From NCBI GenBank assembly GCA_030704615.1, contig CM060734.1, positions 9,734,001 through 9,798,000 on the forward strand: DNA of 64,000 bases. Direction: 5' to 3'. The notes under the pieces were generated by a model. It was not told the DNA's origin. It saw only the letters and a program-made list of their open reading frames with translations, and did no database searches. Shown piece by piece: positions 62,258 to 64,000 of the stretch; the first letter of the stretch is position 1; the number at the start of each line of letters is the position of its first letter. Source of the DNA: Takakia lepidozioides. Its lineage: Eukaryota; Plantae; Bryophyta. The position numbers and the translations under genes are program-made.

Positions 62258-64000
62258 TCCAATCTATGCCAAAAAAACAAACCAGGCTATAGCGATGCTC
62301 CTCCTTGACTTTGAGAAGGCATTCGATAGAGTGGAATGGTCCTTTCTCCTTGGGGCCCTCCATAAGATCGGTATACCTCAAGCTTTCTGCTCGAAGGTCA
62401 GAACACTATTGCTGGGATCTTCAAGCAGAGCTCTCCTAAACGGGCATCTCTCCAAATCATTCCCCCTCCTACGCTCAGTCAGACAAGGCTGCCCCCTCTC
62501 CCCCTTCCTCTTCATCATAGCAGCGGATACGCTAGGCCATATGTTCCAAAAAAGCCAAAACATCCAAGGGCTTCACATCACCAACCATGTGACCAGACAA
62601 CCTCAACAAATAAAGGAGTCCATGTTTGTGGACGATACCTTTCTGGCCCTGCAGGCCACTAAAACTAACTTGGATAATGCCAGTTCCGCCTTGCAGTCTT
62701 TCTGTCAAGCCTCCGGTTTTAGGGTGAATTGGGGCAAAACATGCGGCTTGCTTGTGGGAGACACTTCAGCCTCAGCAATAGAGACTGACCCCACTTGGGG
62801 CCAAGACAAAGGCCTAAGGTGGCTGAAGCCCGGAGAAACAACCACCCTGCTAGGTTATACCTTCGGGATTGACCTATCGGATCAGCAGATATTTGCGGCA
62901 ACACAAGCCAAGCTAAGAAACAAGCTGGCATACTGGGGCTCCCAGCACCTGTCAATCACTGGAAGGGTGCTCATAGCTAATCAGATCCTCTCAGCGGGTC
63001 AATGGTACTTTGCCTCGGCCTGGAAACCCAACGCCACTCAGATCAAAGAAATGAAAAGGCTTCTGCGGAATTTTGTGTGGGGGCCAAGACACCCCGCAAA
63101 AAAAAGGCCTCAGATTGCGTGGAAGCAAATCTGCTTGCCAAAAAAGAAAGGAGGGCTGGGCATAATAGACCCAGAAACCCAGATCACGGCAATACTAGCT
63201 AAATGGATTCCGAGAATCTTGGGGCCAGAGGGAGGAGCCTGGAAACACCTCGTCTGTGATAACATGACACTCGCCTCGCCCCTGAAAAATGCCCCTTGGT
63301 TCCCTTCCCTTAGATGGATCACCAATGGATTCAAGCATAAAGTGAAAGGATCTTCCCTGTGGACATCCATCTGGCATGCTTGGTCCAAACTCAGACCACA
63401 CCTTATAAAATCGGCTCCTGATTCCTATGATGAAACCCTCCGCCAATTCCTTTTTCTCAACACAAACCCTGCACCGCAACAAAGAAACCAGGCTAGAAAA
63501 TGGTATGCATGGGACATCAGAGGGATTCGCCAAGTGAAAGACATCTGGAAGGAGGGGGCATTCATCCCGTCAGATGGAAGCCAAGGTAGGGAAAATCAGA
63601 GCAGCATCGTCTTATGAGACCTTACTGCAATCTTCATCTACACTTTGGATGCCCATTCTACAGCTAGGCCCATCGATACCTGATGCCAATTTCTGGACAC
63701 TAGGAATCATCAACAACACAATCACGATCATGTTTGTCACGGAAGCCAACAACCTCCTCTATAAGGGATACCTCTTTCATTGCGATACCAATACAATGAG
63801 GCTCACCCTCCAAAACAGGCTCCAAGGCTCCACACCTCGTTTCACTTACACCCCCATCAGAGTCTGCTGGTGGTCATCTCCCGCCAAGGAAATGAATCCT
63901 CTCCCGCCGCTCAATATACCACTGCTAGGCTGGCTGGCTACGCGGACATTTGTATGGATCTGTGGAAGACCTCTCCACGACCTTGATGTTGACCCCAAGG
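62258..64000 (+). mobile_element. 3' half of L1-type LINE ORF2 (RT core onward)
   Basis: YAKK...LDFEKAFDRVEW, VRQGCPLSPFLF, MFVDDT, SGFRVNWGKT, PKKKGGLGI. Confidence 0.95.

Overview
Eukaryotic nuclear DNA, most likely from a non-seed land plant (bryophyte or lycophyte; inferred from CYP710A, LecRK, plant-type introns and retroelement types). The window is a TE-rich patchwork with one apparently intact gene: a 7-exon model at 10592-19268 (~1987 aa) with a PHD finger, a RING-CH finger and a long low-complexity tail. Three host pseudogenes are present (RPL32, CYP710A, L-type lectin receptor kinase), together with LINE, Ty1/copia and Ty3/gypsy remnants. Most notable: (i) a decayed Mutator-like transposase with a GCM-type Zn domain, flanked by arrays of a 30-bp palindrome, one of which holds an antisense gypsy gag segment; (ii) several unrelated palindromic repeat-array families; (iii) a ~9.2-kb inversion that splits one LINE inside its RT domain ~290 bp upstream of the LecRK pseudogene. 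No rRNA, tRNA or CRISPR-Cas locus was found. Boundaries of TE remnants are approximate, and all homology calls come from motif recognition, not database searches.
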